From: Bdellovibrionales bacterium
GTDB taxonomy: Bacteria > Bdellovibrionota > Bdellovibrionia > Bdellovibrionales > UBA1609
Direction: 5' to 3'
Assembly: GCA_027317865.1 (NCBI GenBank)
Contig: DAHVQG010000010.1
Location: forward strand, 45,627 to 109,626
DNA: 64,000 bases
Shown here: positions 42,063 to 52,186 of the stretch, one piece after another
How positions within the stretch are numbered: position 1 is the stretch's first letter
Layout: each line of letters begins with the position of its first letter
The notes under the pieces: generated by a model
Database searches by the model: none
Seen by the model: the letters and a program-made list of their open reading frames with translations, nothing else
Told to the model about the DNA's origin: nothing
Program-made: the position numbers and the translations under genes

Positions 42063-43365
42063 CCGCAGCGGCCGGACTCACTTCGTGGACGTCCGCTTTT
42101 TCAAGCAAGAAATTCACGACCTTTTCTTCGGTGATTTGATACATGAGGCGGTTCAAGTGATTGCTGTCTTCAAAATAGTATTTCCGCAGTTTTGCGATCT
42201 CAAGTCCCGTCTGTTTCGACCAGCGTTCAAGTTTGATATCAATGTCTGCTCTAGAGGCTTGCAGTCCGTGCTTTTCGGCAATGGCATCGACGAGAAGACT
42301 TGAGCGAATCATAAACTCAGCCATTTCATCAAATTCCTTTTCCCATTTGCGCTTGTACTCTTCGCGTTCGGATTGCGGCATCCCCTCTTTGGTAAGCCGC
42401 TCTTCGGTGTCGGCTAGCAGCGCCTTTTTTTGTTCGGCTTTGAGCGCCGGGGGCACTTCAACCGGATTTTCATTAACCAATGCATGAAGCACATTGTTTT
42501 TGACTTGGTCTTGAATGCGGTGGCTCTCTTCGTGAACGATATCGTCTTCGATTGTTTTTCTAAGATCGGCAACTGTTGAAACGGGGCCGCCAAGCGACTT
42601 CGCAAAATCGTCATTTAACTCGGGCAACTCTTTTCTGAGAAGTGCTTTAACTGTAATGGCAAATTGTACCGGCTGGCCGGCTAATTCGGCTTTATTGTAG
42701 TCGGCAGGGAAGGTCAGATTTAAAGATTTTTGATCACCGGCCCGCGCGCCTATAAGGCCATCTTCAAAACCGGGAATAAAATTACCGGAACCGAGTTCGA
42801 GTTTGTAACTTGACGCTGTGGCGCCTTCGAGGGCCTGACCGTGAACTGTTCCCGCAAAGTCGATTTCAATTGTGTCGCCCTTTTGGGCCGCACGGTCTTC
42901 AAAAATCGGGACAAAAGTCGCGCGGCTTGAGCGGATTTGATCGAGCACGGCATTTATACGTTCTTCTGAAACGTCGAGCTTTTCTTTATCAACGTGAAGG
43001 TTTTCGATCTTTTTTAGTTCGATTTCGGGATGAACATCAAATTCAGCGGTAAATTGAAATGGAACGGCCTCTTCAAGTTTTTCAAAATTCACCGTCGGTT
43101 CGGTAATGGGTTTAAGCGAATGTTCGTTCAGTGCTTGTGAATAAGATTTACGGATCAATTCATTTAAGACATCGCTTTTGGCGCGATCCGCATACATGTT
43201 TTTAATCATGGTTAGCGGCACTTTGCCTTTGCGAAAACCTTTTATGTTGGCGTTTTTTTGAATTCCTTTGTAAACTCGGTCAAATGCTGAAGAGACTTGC
43301 TCCGCCGGTATCTCAATGGTCAATTTGCGTCCCAGAGAACCTTTTTTTTCAACGGATGTTTTCAT
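42049..43365 (-). CDS. tig: Trigger factor
   Basis: GFRKGKVP ribosome-binding motif, FKBP domain (FIPGFEDGL.G); start ATG 43365. Confidence 0.95.
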   Translation of the reverse strand: MKTSVEKKGSLGRKLTIEIPAEQVSSAFDRVYKGIQKNANIKGFRKGKVPLTMIKNMYADRAKSDVLNELIRKSYSQALNEHSLKPITEPTVNFEKLEEAVPFQFTAEFDVHPEIELKKIENLHVDKEKLDVSEERINAVLDQIRSSRATFVPIFEDRAAQKGDTIEIDFAGTVHGQALEGATASSYKLELGSGNFIPGFEDGLIGARAGDQKSLNLTFPADYNKAELAGQPVQFAITVKALLRKELPELNDDFAKSLGGPVSTVADLRKTIEDDIVHEESHRIQDQVKNNVLHALVNENPVEVPPALKAEQKKALLADTEERLTKEGMPQSEREEYKRKWEKEFDEMAEFMIRSSLLVDAIAEKHGLQASRADIDIKLERWSKQTGLEIAKLRKYYFEDSNHLNRLMYQITEEKVVNFLLEKADVHEVSPAAAVKTT

Positions 43366-43451
43366 ATAATTTCCTTCCCAGCTTGCGGTATTGTGACAGA
43401 CACTTATAAATAAGCCATGCTGTGATGACAAGCGTTAAGGTTGGTAAAGGC

Positions 43452-44345
43452 ATGCAGTTTCCAAATGAAGCGCAGAAAATCACAATGGTAACCGGAAAAG
43501 GCGGGGTAGGTAAGTCAACTGTTGCCGCGGGTATTGCCGAAGTTTACGCCAAACGAGGCCTTAAAACCCTACTTGTTGAGCTAGGTGAGCATAGCTACTA
43601 CCAGTATGTTTATCAGACGCCCATCCATTACGAACCAACCCAAATATCAAATAATTTTCATATTTCACTGTGGAGCGGTGAAAGCGCATTGCGAGAATAT
43701 GTTTACCATCTGCTAAAAGTGCGAAAGATAGTGGACTTATTTTTCGATAACAAGATTATGCGAACGTTCATCCGCGCGGCCCCGGCGCTTAAAGAACTCG
43801 CGGTTTTAGGTAAAATTACAAGCGGCATACGGCAGTGGGGTCCGCCGCTTGAGTTTGATCGAATCGTCGTCGATGCGTTTTCAACAGGACATTTTTTGGC
43901 CTTATTGCAAGCGCCGATCGGCATGGCGGACCTCATCGAAAGCGGGCCGATGGGTGAACAGTCGCGCCGCATTCGAGATGTCATAGAGCGCGCCGATTTA
44001 TGCCAATACGTGATCGTGACACTCCCCGAGGAATTGCCCGTAAGTGAGGCGATTGAACTAAATGCGGATCTCAAATCGCGTTACGGAGTCAATGCTTCAA
44101 TCATCTGCAATCGCGTATACGAAGCGGGCCTAAACAGGGACGACTTTTTGCAAATTAAAAGATCGGACCCATCGAACTCGTCAGATGCGTTTGCTGAATT
44201 TGTGCTCAATACGATTCAAAGCCAGGCGCGCCAATTAAAGGAGCTTGAGCGGGCACTCAAAGAGTTTCACGTGCTGCCTCTTGTGTTTTCTGATGCCAGT
44301 CAAACGGTGATCGAAATGCTTTCGCAGAAACTAAATTGGGTGTGA
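43452..44345 (+). CDS. ArsA/GET3-like ATPase, first of a tandem pair
   Basis: TGKGGVGKST, AP.L.EL..LGK, D..STGH, VTLPEELPV.E. Confidence 0.85.
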   Translation: MQFPNEAQKITMVTGKGGVGKSTVAAGIAEVYAKRGLKTLLVELGEHSYYQYVYQTPIHYEPTQISNNFHISLWSGESALREYVYHLLKVRKIVDLFFDNKIMRTFIRAAPALKELAVLGKITSGIRQWGPPLEFDRIVVDAFSTGHFLALLQAPIGMADLIESGPMGEQSRRIRDVIERADLCQYVIVTLPEELPVSEAIELNADLKSRYGVNASIICNRVYEAGLNRDDFLQIKRSDPSNSSDAFAEFVLNTIQSQARQLKELERALKEFHVLPLVFSDASQTVIEMLSQKLNWV

Positions 44346-44349
44346 ACAC

Positions 44350-45426
44350 GTGATCACAAATCTTTTGCAAGATAATAAAATCATAATTTGTGTGGGTAGC
44401 GGCGGGGTTGGCAAAACGACTTTAAGCGCGAGTTTTGCCGTTGCCGCTGCAAAAATGGGCCGCCGAGTTTTGGTCATGACGATTGATCCATCAAGACGGT
44501 TAAAAGTGGCTCTGGGGATTGAGTCTCGTGGCTCGGCCACAATCACGCGTGTGCCAAACCAAAATTATCAAGGAGAAATCTTTGCGCTATTACTGGATGC
44601 GGAATCGATTTTTCGCGAATTTATAACCTCTTCGTCAACAGATGCAACTGTTGCAGACCGGTTACTAAAAAATCGGCTATATAAGGAACTCTCGACGACC
44701 CTTAGCGGCTCGCAAGAGTTTACGTCACTTCTACAACTTTCAAAAATTGCAACCGACGAGCGATTTGATTTGATTATTTTAGACACCCCTCCCGCGCAAC
44801 ATGCCATTGACTTTCTTGAGGCGCCCGAAAAAATTGGTGCGCTTTTTCAAGATAAAATCGTGCGCTGGTTTATTGGCGACGAGGCCGGCGGGGGGATCAT
44901 TCAGCGCCTGATTTCAAGTGGTACGCGCACCGTTTTATCCGCTCTTGAGCGAATTACAGGCAGCGGGTTTATGCGTGAGCTTAACGACTTTTTCGCAAGC
45001 GTGCGCACTGTGCAGGCGCGAATTGGCCAGAAAACTCAGATGGTACAAGAGCTGCTTCATTCAAAAACCACGGCGTTTGTTCTTGTGACGGGCTTTAATG
45101 AAGCTAAGCTCCACGAAGCTGAGGAGCTCAATACTTATTTGCGTTCATCAGGGTTTCGCTTGGAGCTGACCGTAATCAACCGCGCTTTTGTCGAAATCTT
45201 AGGCGGTTTGGGTGAGCCAGAAAACGAAAAATTAGCTATTGAATATAAAAAATGGCGGGATTATCACGCGGGGCGAGAGAAGCTTTATCTGGAATATGTG
45301 GAAAAATGGCGGCAAAATTTAACAGTTATTCGCATTCCTGACCTGAATAGAGAAATGTCAGGGCTTTCGAGTTTGGAGGTCATTGCCGATGAATTGGTTG
45401 AAGCCGCTCGCGTTCATAATAAGTAG
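44350..45426 (+). CDS. ArsA/GET3-like ATPase, second of a tandem pair
   Basis: GSGGVGKTT, TIDP.RRL, SGSQE, DTPP..HA.DFL.AP. Confidence 0.88.
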   Translation: MITNLLQDNKIIICVGSGGVGKTTLSASFAVAAAKMGRRVLVMTIDPSRRLKVALGIESRGSATITRVPNQNYQGEIFALLLDAESIFREFITSSSTDATVADRLLKNRLYKELSTTLSGSQEFTSLLQLSKIATDERFDLIILDTPPAQHAIDFLEAPEKIGALFQDKIVRWFIGDEAGGGIIQRLISSGTRTVLSALERITGSGFMRELNDFFASVRTVQARIGQKTQMVQELLHSKTTAFVLVTGFNEAKLHEAEELNTYLRSSGFRLELTVINRAFVEILGGLGEPENEKLAIEYKKWRDYHAGREKLYLEYVEKWRQNLTVIRIPDLNREMSGLSSLEVIADELVEAARVHNK

Positions 45427-46543
45427 TTTGTTTCTATTTAGTTGTGCTCATATGCAAGGAACCGGCTACTACAAATCATATCGAGATCATCAGCAAGAAA
45501 TGGTTCAGAAATTCAGCGCTGCAAATCAACTTCTTGGCGAAGGTGATTATCTCGAGGCGGCGCGCGCATTTGACGGCATTACGTTAAGCGCGCCCATTAA
45601 CCAGCTTGACCTAATTGTGATCTATAACGCCGGCCTTTCTTATTACGAGGCGGGTGAGTGCAAGATCGCAAGCGAACGGTTACGAAGAGTTGTAAGGCTC
45701 TCACGAAATGTGGCCCCGCAAATTGAGGGGCGAGCCCTCATTCAATTGGCCGATATCTATACGTGCCTTGGGCAAGATTCAATGGCGATTCCGACCTTGA
45801 TCGAAGCCGCACAAGGGAATTTTAATTTTCCGCCGGATGTGACATTGGCTGAAATCCCCGCCCGGTTAGCTGCGGCGTACGCGCGCATAGGCAATCGTCG
45901 TGTGGCCCGGCATTATTATGCAATTGCTGAACAGGGTTTGGGTCAAATTTACAACTCGATCGAATCAGATCGTGATCGAGCTAAATATATCGCTCAAATT
46001 CTATTGGGGATGGGCAATATGCAAGAGCTTAACCCGCGAACGATGACGGGAGAGCAGTATATCGCGAGTCTTCGCGCGCTACAGAAATATCTTTTTAAAG
46101 TTGTCGAGTTGGATGTTCGAAATTCGTCGCAATCGGCCGCCAATCAAATTATCAACGCGTATAACGGCGTCTGGTATTATATCGACAAAGTAAATAAAAA
46201 AAGGTTGAACGATTTGGCCAGGCGGCGAATTGCGCGGCGCAAACTACAGTTGGCCGAACTTGCCGTGCAAGCATTGAGAGATCTTAACCGGCAACACATT
46301 CCGGACCCCGATGATCCGCCGATCGTGACTCAGTTTTTGCGGCAGATGAGCCAACGCAAACTTGAGTTTCGCAACTACATTGCCACAAATATTGTGGGTA
46401 CGAATTTGACGCGAGAAGCACTGCGTGCGCAAGGTTTAAAGCGGGGCGGTCGCGTGCTTAATCCAAACCCGATTTTGGAGCAAAAGGCTCTCGCAAGAAT
46501 GCGAAATGTGATGCAGAAAAAGAGAGCGGCATCGCATCCATGA
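45389..46543 (+). CDS. TPR-containing lipoprotein
   Basis: Lipobox LFSC; TPR-like helices (YNAGLSYY.AG). Confidence 0.7.
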   Translation: MNWLKPLAFIISSLFLFSCAHMQGTGYYKSYRDHQQEMVQKFSAANQLLGEGDYLEAARAFDGITLSAPINQLDLIVIYNAGLSYYEAGECKIASERLRRVVRLSRNVAPQIEGRALIQLADIYTCLGQDSMAIPTLIEAAQGNFNFPPDVTLAEIPARLAAAYARIGNRRVARHYYAIAEQGLGQIYNSIESDRDRAKYIAQILLGMGNMQELNPRTMTGEQYIASLRALQKYLFKVVELDVRNSSQSAANQIINAYNGVWYYIDKVNKKRLNDLARRRIARRKLQLAELAVQALRDLNRQHIPDPDDPPIVTQFLRQMSQRKLEFRNYIATNIVGTNLTREALRAQGLKRGGRVLNPNPILEQKALARMRNVMQKKRAASHP

Positions 46544-47205
46544 TTCGGCGGTTTTGGCTCGGCTTTACCTTTGTGTTTGCTGGTTTTAAACAGTTTCGCG
46601 AACGGCCGGGTCTGAAAAGGTGGGTCATACTGCCGCTTATTCTTGACCTGCTAATTTTTATTCTAGGTATTTATCTCGGGACGAAATACATTCACGGCCT
46701 GCTTCTGCGAATTTTATATTTCATTTTCTATTTATTTTTTGTTTATGTGTCGGCGTCTATAATCGGCTCTCCGTTTTATAGGATTCTCGCGTCAAAAACT
46801 CTCGATCAACTTGGATATACACGCGACTATAAAGACTTAAACTCGCGCTTAGCCCACTCAAGCCGAATGATGATTGCGTCGTTTGGGCGCGCGGCGATTC
46901 TAATTTCTTGCTCCGCAATATTATTTATTTTGTCATTTGTGCCGGTGCTCAATTTTTTAGCTGCTTTTGTTGGCTTTGTGCTGATTGCGTTTGATTTGAC
47001 TGATTACACATTTGCGTTGAAAGGTTACCACTTGGTTAAACGGTTTCGATTTTTGCTCCAGGCATGGGCTGAATATTTTGGGATGGCTGTTTTCATCGGC
47101 TTGACAGCGTTCATCCCAGGCCTCATCGTCTTGTGCATGCCGTTTGGGATTGTTGGCGCAACAATTGTCGCACACAAAGCGAGCGGCTCGGCAGCAAGTT
47201 CTTAG
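46540..47205 (+). CDS. EI24/CysZ-like membrane protein
   Basis: G...F...P.L....ILP, SPFY..LA, FVPVLN, IP......P...VGAT pattern. Confidence 0.7.
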   Translation: MIRRFWLGFTFVFAGFKQFRERPGLKRWVILPLILDLLIFILGIYLGTKYIHGLLLRILYFIFYLFFVYVSASIIGSPFYRILASKTLDQLGYTRDYKDLNSRLAHSSRMMIASFGRAAILISCSAILFILSFVPVLNFLAAFVGFVLIAFDLTDYTFALKGYHLVKRFRFLLQAWAEYFGMAVFIGLTAFIPGLIVLCMPFGIVGATIVAHKASGSAASS

Positions 47206-47214
47206 CGGGGTAAC

Positions 47215-48456
47215 GTGTACATTCAGGATGAGATTCATAATAAAATTGTCGAAAACTGTTCCCGCGTAACGGAGTGGTATCACGAGCGCGCAAAGGGTTT
47301 AGAATTTCCGGTTTACGCGAGTTTTGACGTGCGGGATTCTGGCGAAAAAGTTGTGCCTGTGGATGCTAATTTGTTCCCGGCCGGGTTCAATAATATTTGT
47401 CCCACTGACAAAGAGGCGGCTCACGAAATTGTCCGCCGGTATGTCAGTAACCATTATGGGGAAGTTAAAAGCCTGGCGCTTCTTTGCGAAGAGCATACCG
47501 GCAATGTTTTTTATTGGGAAAACATTCGAACGCTTTTAAAAATTTTTGAAGCGGCCGGCTATTCTATTTCGGCCTGTCTCCCGAGGGAAATGAATCAGCC
47601 CGTCACGGTCGCAACATCTTCGGGCGCAAATGTTGTTGTTCATTCAGCAATCAATCGCGACGGTCAGATGTGGGTAGACAATCAAAAAATTGATCTTGTT
47701 ATTTGCAACAATGATTTTTCTGTTGATTACGAACAATGGTACGAGGGGATTCGAACTCCGTTTAACCCTCCGCGCGAGTTGGGATGGTATCGGCGCAAAA
47801 AATACAGTTTTTTTCAACAATATAACGTGTTGGTAACTGATTTTGCCAAATTAATAGACATCAATCCGAATTGCCTGCAGGTGGCCACCGACGTCTTTTC
47901 TCCGTTTGATGCGAATGATGTTGATAGCCGCGATCAACTTGCGAAAAAGGTAGATGAGTTTCTGGATCGGATCCGCGAACAGTATAAAATTCAAGGGATA
48001 AAAAGTGAGCCGTTTTGTTTTCTGAAAAACAATTCGGGGACTTATGGATTGGCCGTTATGCAGGCTCGTTCAGGCGCCGAAATCCAAGATTGGAATAACA
48101 AAGTAAGAAAAAAAATGCGCGCCGCTAAGGGCGGTCGCGAGGTGACGGAGCTGATTATTCAAGAGGGTATTCCGACTCGTTATCATGAACCCGACGGTGG
48201 TGCCGCCGAGCCTTGTATTTATACCGTGGGCGACGATCTCGTGGGCGGATTTCTGCGTTCGCATTCTGAAAAGGGTCCCGATGAAAGTTTGAATTCACCG
48301 GGCGCCGTTTACAAGCGCCTTTGCGTTTCGGATCTACAAATTAAAATTGCAAACTGCCCAATGGAGAATGTTTATGGTTGGGTTTCACGATTAGGCGTTC
48401 TAGCGATCGCGCTAGAAGCCCAAGCTGGGGATATCAAATTTTATGGATATCGCTGA
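47215..48456 (+). CDS. gshA: Glutamate-cysteine ligase (divergent ATP-grasp-like GshA family)
   Basis: P.Y.S.DVRDSG.K..PVD.NLFPAGFNN, NNDFS, GW..R.K, GTYG..V, QEG, GGF.R, LNSPG. Confidence 0.85.
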   Translation: MYIQDEIHNKIVENCSRVTEWYHERAKGLEFPVYASFDVRDSGEKVVPVDANLFPAGFNNICPTDKEAAHEIVRRYVSNHYGEVKSLALLCEEHTGNVFYWENIRTLLKIFEAAGYSISACLPREMNQPVTVATSSGANVVVHSAINRDGQMWVDNQKIDLVICNNDFSVDYEQWYEGIRTPFNPPRELGWYRRKKYSFFQQYNVLVTDFAKLIDINPNCLQVATDVFSPFDANDVDSRDQLAKKVDEFLDRIREQYKIQGIKSEPFCFLKNNSGTYGLAVMQARSGAEIQDWNNKVRKKMRAAKGGREVTELIIQEGIPTRYHEPDGGAAEPCIYTVGDDLVGGFLRSHSEKGPDESLNSPGAVYKRLCVSDLQIKIANCPMENVYGWVSRLGVLAIALEAQAGDIKFYGYR

Positions 48457-50007
48457 TTAACTAAAAAGTTTCGCAAGCTCGACAAATGTTCGAACCATCA
48501 CGCCCGAGGCACCTTTCTTTGCACTATAATTAAGTCGGTTCCCGACGTGCCAGGCTGTACCGGCAATATCAAAATGCGCCCAAGGGATTTCTTTATCGAC
48601 AAATTGTTCAAGAAATGCCGCCGCAGTTGATGCTCCGCCGCCTTTAAACGAAGAAATGTTTCTTAAATCGGCATAAACGCCCTTCATATCACTCACATAA
48701 TCGTCGTGAATCGGCATGGGCCAAACCAGTTCGCCGGAATTTGCCGCGGCCTCTAAAATTTTATTTCGCAATTTTTCATTACGCGTAAACATTCCGGTAT
48801 AAGTATTACCAAGGGCGACAACACAGGCGCCGGTCAATGTCGCGGCGTCAAAAATGGCGCTGAGTTTCTGCTCGCTGGCGTAAGAAAGCGCATCCATCAG
48901 TATGAGCCGACCTTCGGCATCAGTATTGTCAACTTCTACTGTTTTTCCATTTCGTGCTCGTAAGACATCACCCGGTTTATTGGCCAAGGGGCCCGGCATA
49001 TTTTCAGTTGCCGGCACAAAACCAACGGCATTTACCTTGAGCTTTAGTTTTGCGATCGCAAGTAGCGTGCCGATTACTGCGGCCCCACCACACATGTCAA
49101 ATTTCATTTCTTCCATCGCGGCGGAGGGTTTGATACTGATGCCACCAGAGTCAAAGGTCACGCCTTTGCCGACAAAACCCACGGGCTTTTTTGATTTGGC
49201 GCCGCCATGATACTCCATGATTATAAAACGGGGATCAACGGCGCTACCGAGTGAAACTCCGATCAGTCCGCCAAAATTTTCTTTTTTTATTCGTGCGCGA
49301 TCCCATACCGTAACCTTTAATCCAGTGCCCTTGGCTGCGGTCGCGACGGCGTCGGCTAAAATTTCGGGGGTCATTAAATTACTTGGGGTGTTACCGAGAT
49401 CGCGTGCAAAATTGACGCATTCGCAAAGCGTTGCCGCAGTTTCGACGGCCTTTTTTATAGTTGCGGAGTTGGTCTTCTTTTCGACAACAAGATCGATCTG
49501 TGAAAGTTCAAACGGCGCGCCGTTATGCTCGTCTTTTTTGGTTTTAAATTCGTTAAATTCGTATTCAGCAAGGTATATTCCTTCGGCGAATGCTTGAGCT
49601 GTGGCAGCCGAATTTTTCATTAATTGAACCATTGGCTCAAACGCCACATCAGCTGCTTTAATTTTATTGGCCTTAAGACATGAATAAACAGAGGCGCCGA
49701 GGCGGCGAACATCCTCGGCCGTCTTTGTCTTTTCGTCGACCCCAAAGACAATCACGTTTTCATAACCGCTAACTCCAGCCATTCGTATTGTTGTTCCTTT
49801 ATTTAAGTCTTCAAACTTAAGACCGTTTTTTAATAGCGAACTGATTAGATCACCCAACTCCGGTGTCGGTGGCGCCCATGGGCCGCGGCTAGGCGCTTTT
49901 CGAGTAAAAACGACAATGGTCGAAGATTCACTTGGTTTGGCAGTAAATGCACGGACGTTGATCTGGATTCCGTCGGGTTTTCTTGTGGTGTTACGGTCTT
50001 GTGGCAT
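48457..50007 (-). CDS. pepA: Leucyl aminopeptidase (M17)
   Basis: VGKGVTFDSGG, MKFDMCG, NTDAEGRL, ATLTGA, HFDIAG; AAGGAG RBS before ATG 50007. Confidence 0.95.
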   Translation of the reverse strand: MPQDRNTTRKPDGIQINVRAFTAKPSESSTIVVFTRKAPSRGPWAPPTPELGDLISSLLKNGLKFEDLNKGTTIRMAGVSGYENVIVFGVDEKTKTAEDVRRLGASVYSCLKANKIKAADVAFEPMVQLMKNSAATAQAFAEGIYLAEYEFNEFKTKKDEHNGAPFELSQIDLVVEKKTNSATIKKAVETAATLCECVNFARDLGNTPSNLMTPEILADAVATAAKGTGLKVTVWDRARIKKENFGGLIGVSLGSAVDPRFIIMEYHGGAKSKKPVGFVGKGVTFDSGGISIKPSAAMEEMKFDMCGGAAVIGTLLAIAKLKLKVNAVGFVPATENMPGPLANKPGDVLRARNGKTVEVDNTDAEGRLILMDALSYASEQKLSAIFDAATLTGACVVALGNTYTGMFTRNEKLRNKILEAAANSGELVWPMPIHDDYVSDMKGVYADLRNISSFKGGGASTAAAFLEQFVDKEIPWAHFDIAGTAWHVGNRLNYSAKKGASGVMVRTFVELAKLFS

Positions 50008-50194
50008 GGTCACTCCTTGGTGTGCAAAAGCTTTCGAATAGCACAGGGGGTATTATAGATAAAGCGTTTTTGATAATCTCCCGAAAAGACCGTATGGTTG
50101 GGCATGTTCTACGGATTAAATTTGCGATAAAATGAAAATGAGTCGATTATAGCGTTAAAATGATGATCTTTAATGACCAGAGATTGGAGTTCTT

Positions 50195-50821
50195 GTGAGT
50201 TACAACGGATATCAGTCGACATTAATTCCGATGGTAATTGAGCAAACACCGCGCGGCGAGCGCAGTTACGACATCTATTCTCGGCTGCTCAAGGACCGCG
50301 TGATTTTATTGGGAACACCGGTTACCGAAGATGTAGCAAACAGTATCATTGCACAGATGTTTTTTCTTGAAATGGAAAATCCCGAAAAGGACATATCTCT
50401 TTATATCAATTCTCCTGGCGGGAGCGTTACTGCAGGCCTTGCAATATACGATGTGATGCAATTTGTGAAATGTGATGTGAGCACGGTTTGCATTGGGATG
50501 GCGGCAAGCATGGCGGCTACAATTTTGGCAGCGGGGTCGCACGGCAAGCGCTACATATTGCCTAACTCACGTGTGCTCGTGCATCAACCACTGATCATGG
50601 GCAACGGACTGCAAGGGCAAGCCAGTGACATCGAAATTCATGCAAAAGAAATGATAAAAACAAAAACTCGGCTCACTGAAATACTTGTAAAACATACGGG
50701 GCAATCGTTTGATACGGTGACGAAAGCGACCGACCGTGATAATTATATGGGCGCTGAAGAGGCAAGAGAATTTGGGATCATCGACGAAGTCGTTAACAGC
50801 CGCAAAATGGTAAAAACATAA
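50195..50821 (+). CDS. clpP: ATP-dependent Clp protease proteolytic subunit
   Basis: [29 protein letters not shown]. Confidence 0.97.
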   Translation: MSYNGYQSTLIPMVIEQTPRGERSYDIYSRLLKDRVILLGTPVTEDVANSIIAQMFFLEMENPEKDISLYINSPGGSVTAGLAIYDVMQFVKCDVSTVCIGMAASMAATILAAGSHGKRYILPNSRVLVHQPLIMGNGLQGQASDIEIHAKEMIKTKTRLTEILVKHTGQSFDTVTKATDRDNYMGAEEAREFGIIDEVVNSRKMVKT

Positions 50822-50833
50822 GGTATAGAAAAA

Positions 50834-52138
50834 ATGAATAAAGGCACAAACTCATACGGCAACTTGTGTTGCAGTTTTTGTGGTAAAAGCCAAAAAGAAG
50901 TTAAAAAGTTGATCGCGGGTCCGGGCGTTTATATTTGTGATGAATGCATCGATCTGTGCAATGACATCATCACTGAAGAAAAAGAGCGCGAAGACGTCGC
51001 CAAGCACAATCTTACAGTTCCTAAACCAGTCGATATCAAGGCCTTTCTCGATGATTATGTAATTGGCCAGGACACGGCGAAAAAATCCCTCGCGGTTGCG
51101 GTTCACAATCATTACAAAAGGATCAATAGTTCGCGAAATCGCAAGAAAGACGAAGTTGAAATAGCAAAATCAAACATTCTTTTGATTGGGCCAACCGGCT
51201 CCGGAAAAACTTTGCTTGCCCAGACGATCGCGAAAATTTTAAATGTTCCGTTTGCCATGGCCGACGCTACGGCATTAACCGAAGCAGGCTACGTCGGCGA
51301 AGATGTTGAAAATGTCGTGCTCAATCTTTTGCAGGCATCTGATTACGATGTGGAAAAATGTAAGAAGGGCGTAATTTATATCGATGAGATCGACAAGATT
51401 TCACGCAAAGCCGAAAACCCTTCAATTACCCGCGATGTCAGTGGCGAGGGGGTGCAGCAAGCGCTTCTGAAAATATTAGAGGGTACAATCGCAAATTTGC
51501 CGCCCAAAGGCGGGCGCAAGCATCCGCAGCAAGAGTTCATTCAAATTGACACGACGAATATTTTATTTATTTGCGGCGGTGCATTTGTCGGTCTTGATAA
51601 AGTCATAGAAAACCGGCTTACGAGCCGCAGTCTGGGTATTCACGCCGATATTAAGACCAAAGCCGAGAAAAACAGTGAAGGTGATAATATTTTACGAAAA
51701 GTCGAGCCGGACGATCTCGTTCGTTTTGGACTTATCCCGGAATTCATTGGCCGGCTGCCGGTGCTAGCGGTTCTTGATCAGTTAACTGAGGCCGCGCTCG
51801 TTGATATTTTAGTGCGTCCTAAAAATGCACTCACAAAACAGTTCCAAAAACTCATGGATTATGAGAATTGTCATCTGTCTTTCACTGAACCCGCATTGCG
51901 AGAGATTGCGCGCGAGGCACTCAAGCGCAACACGGGCGCGCGCGGTTTGCGTAGTGTGATTGAGCACGCGATGATGGATGTGATGTACGAAATTCCTTCC
52001 AAGGGCAACGTGAAGGAATGTATAATTGATGAAGGGACAATTCTCCGCGGAGAGAAACCGAAACTAGTTATTAGAACTGAGCGCGAGATGGCGCAATTGG
52101 CAACCGCAAAACCGGATGACTCAGCCGAAAGCGCCTAA
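50834..52138 (+). CDS. clpX: ATP-dependent Clp protease ATPase
   Basis: CSFC...C..C Zn domain, [34 protein letters not shown]. Confidence 0.97.
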   Translation: MNKGTNSYGNLCCSFCGKSQKEVKKLIAGPGVYICDECIDLCNDIITEEKEREDVAKHNLTVPKPVDIKAFLDDYVIGQDTAKKSLAVAVHNHYKRINSSRNRKKDEVEIAKSNILLIGPTGSGKTLLAQTIAKILNVPFAMADATALTEAGYVGEDVENVVLNLLQASDYDVEKCKKGVIYIDEIDKISRKAENPSITRDVSGEGVQQALLKILEGTIANLPPKGGRKHPQQEFIQIDTTNILFICGGAFVGLDKVIENRLTSRSLGIHADIKTKAEKNSEGDNILRKVEPDDLVRFGLIPEFIGRLPVLAVLDQLTEAALVDILVRPKNALTKQFQKLMDYENCHLSFTEPALREIAREALKRNTGARGLRSVIEHAMMDVMYEIPSKGNVKECIIDEGTILRGEKPKLVIRTEREMAQLATAKPDDSAESA

Positions 52139-52186
52139 AAAGAAACGTTGTCATATACAACGCAATTTTAAAGCGAGGGCGGCTGC

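Noticed and set aside
43452-45426. Arsenic resistance operon
   Set aside because: No arsB, acr3, arsC or arsR; tandem GET3-like pair instead
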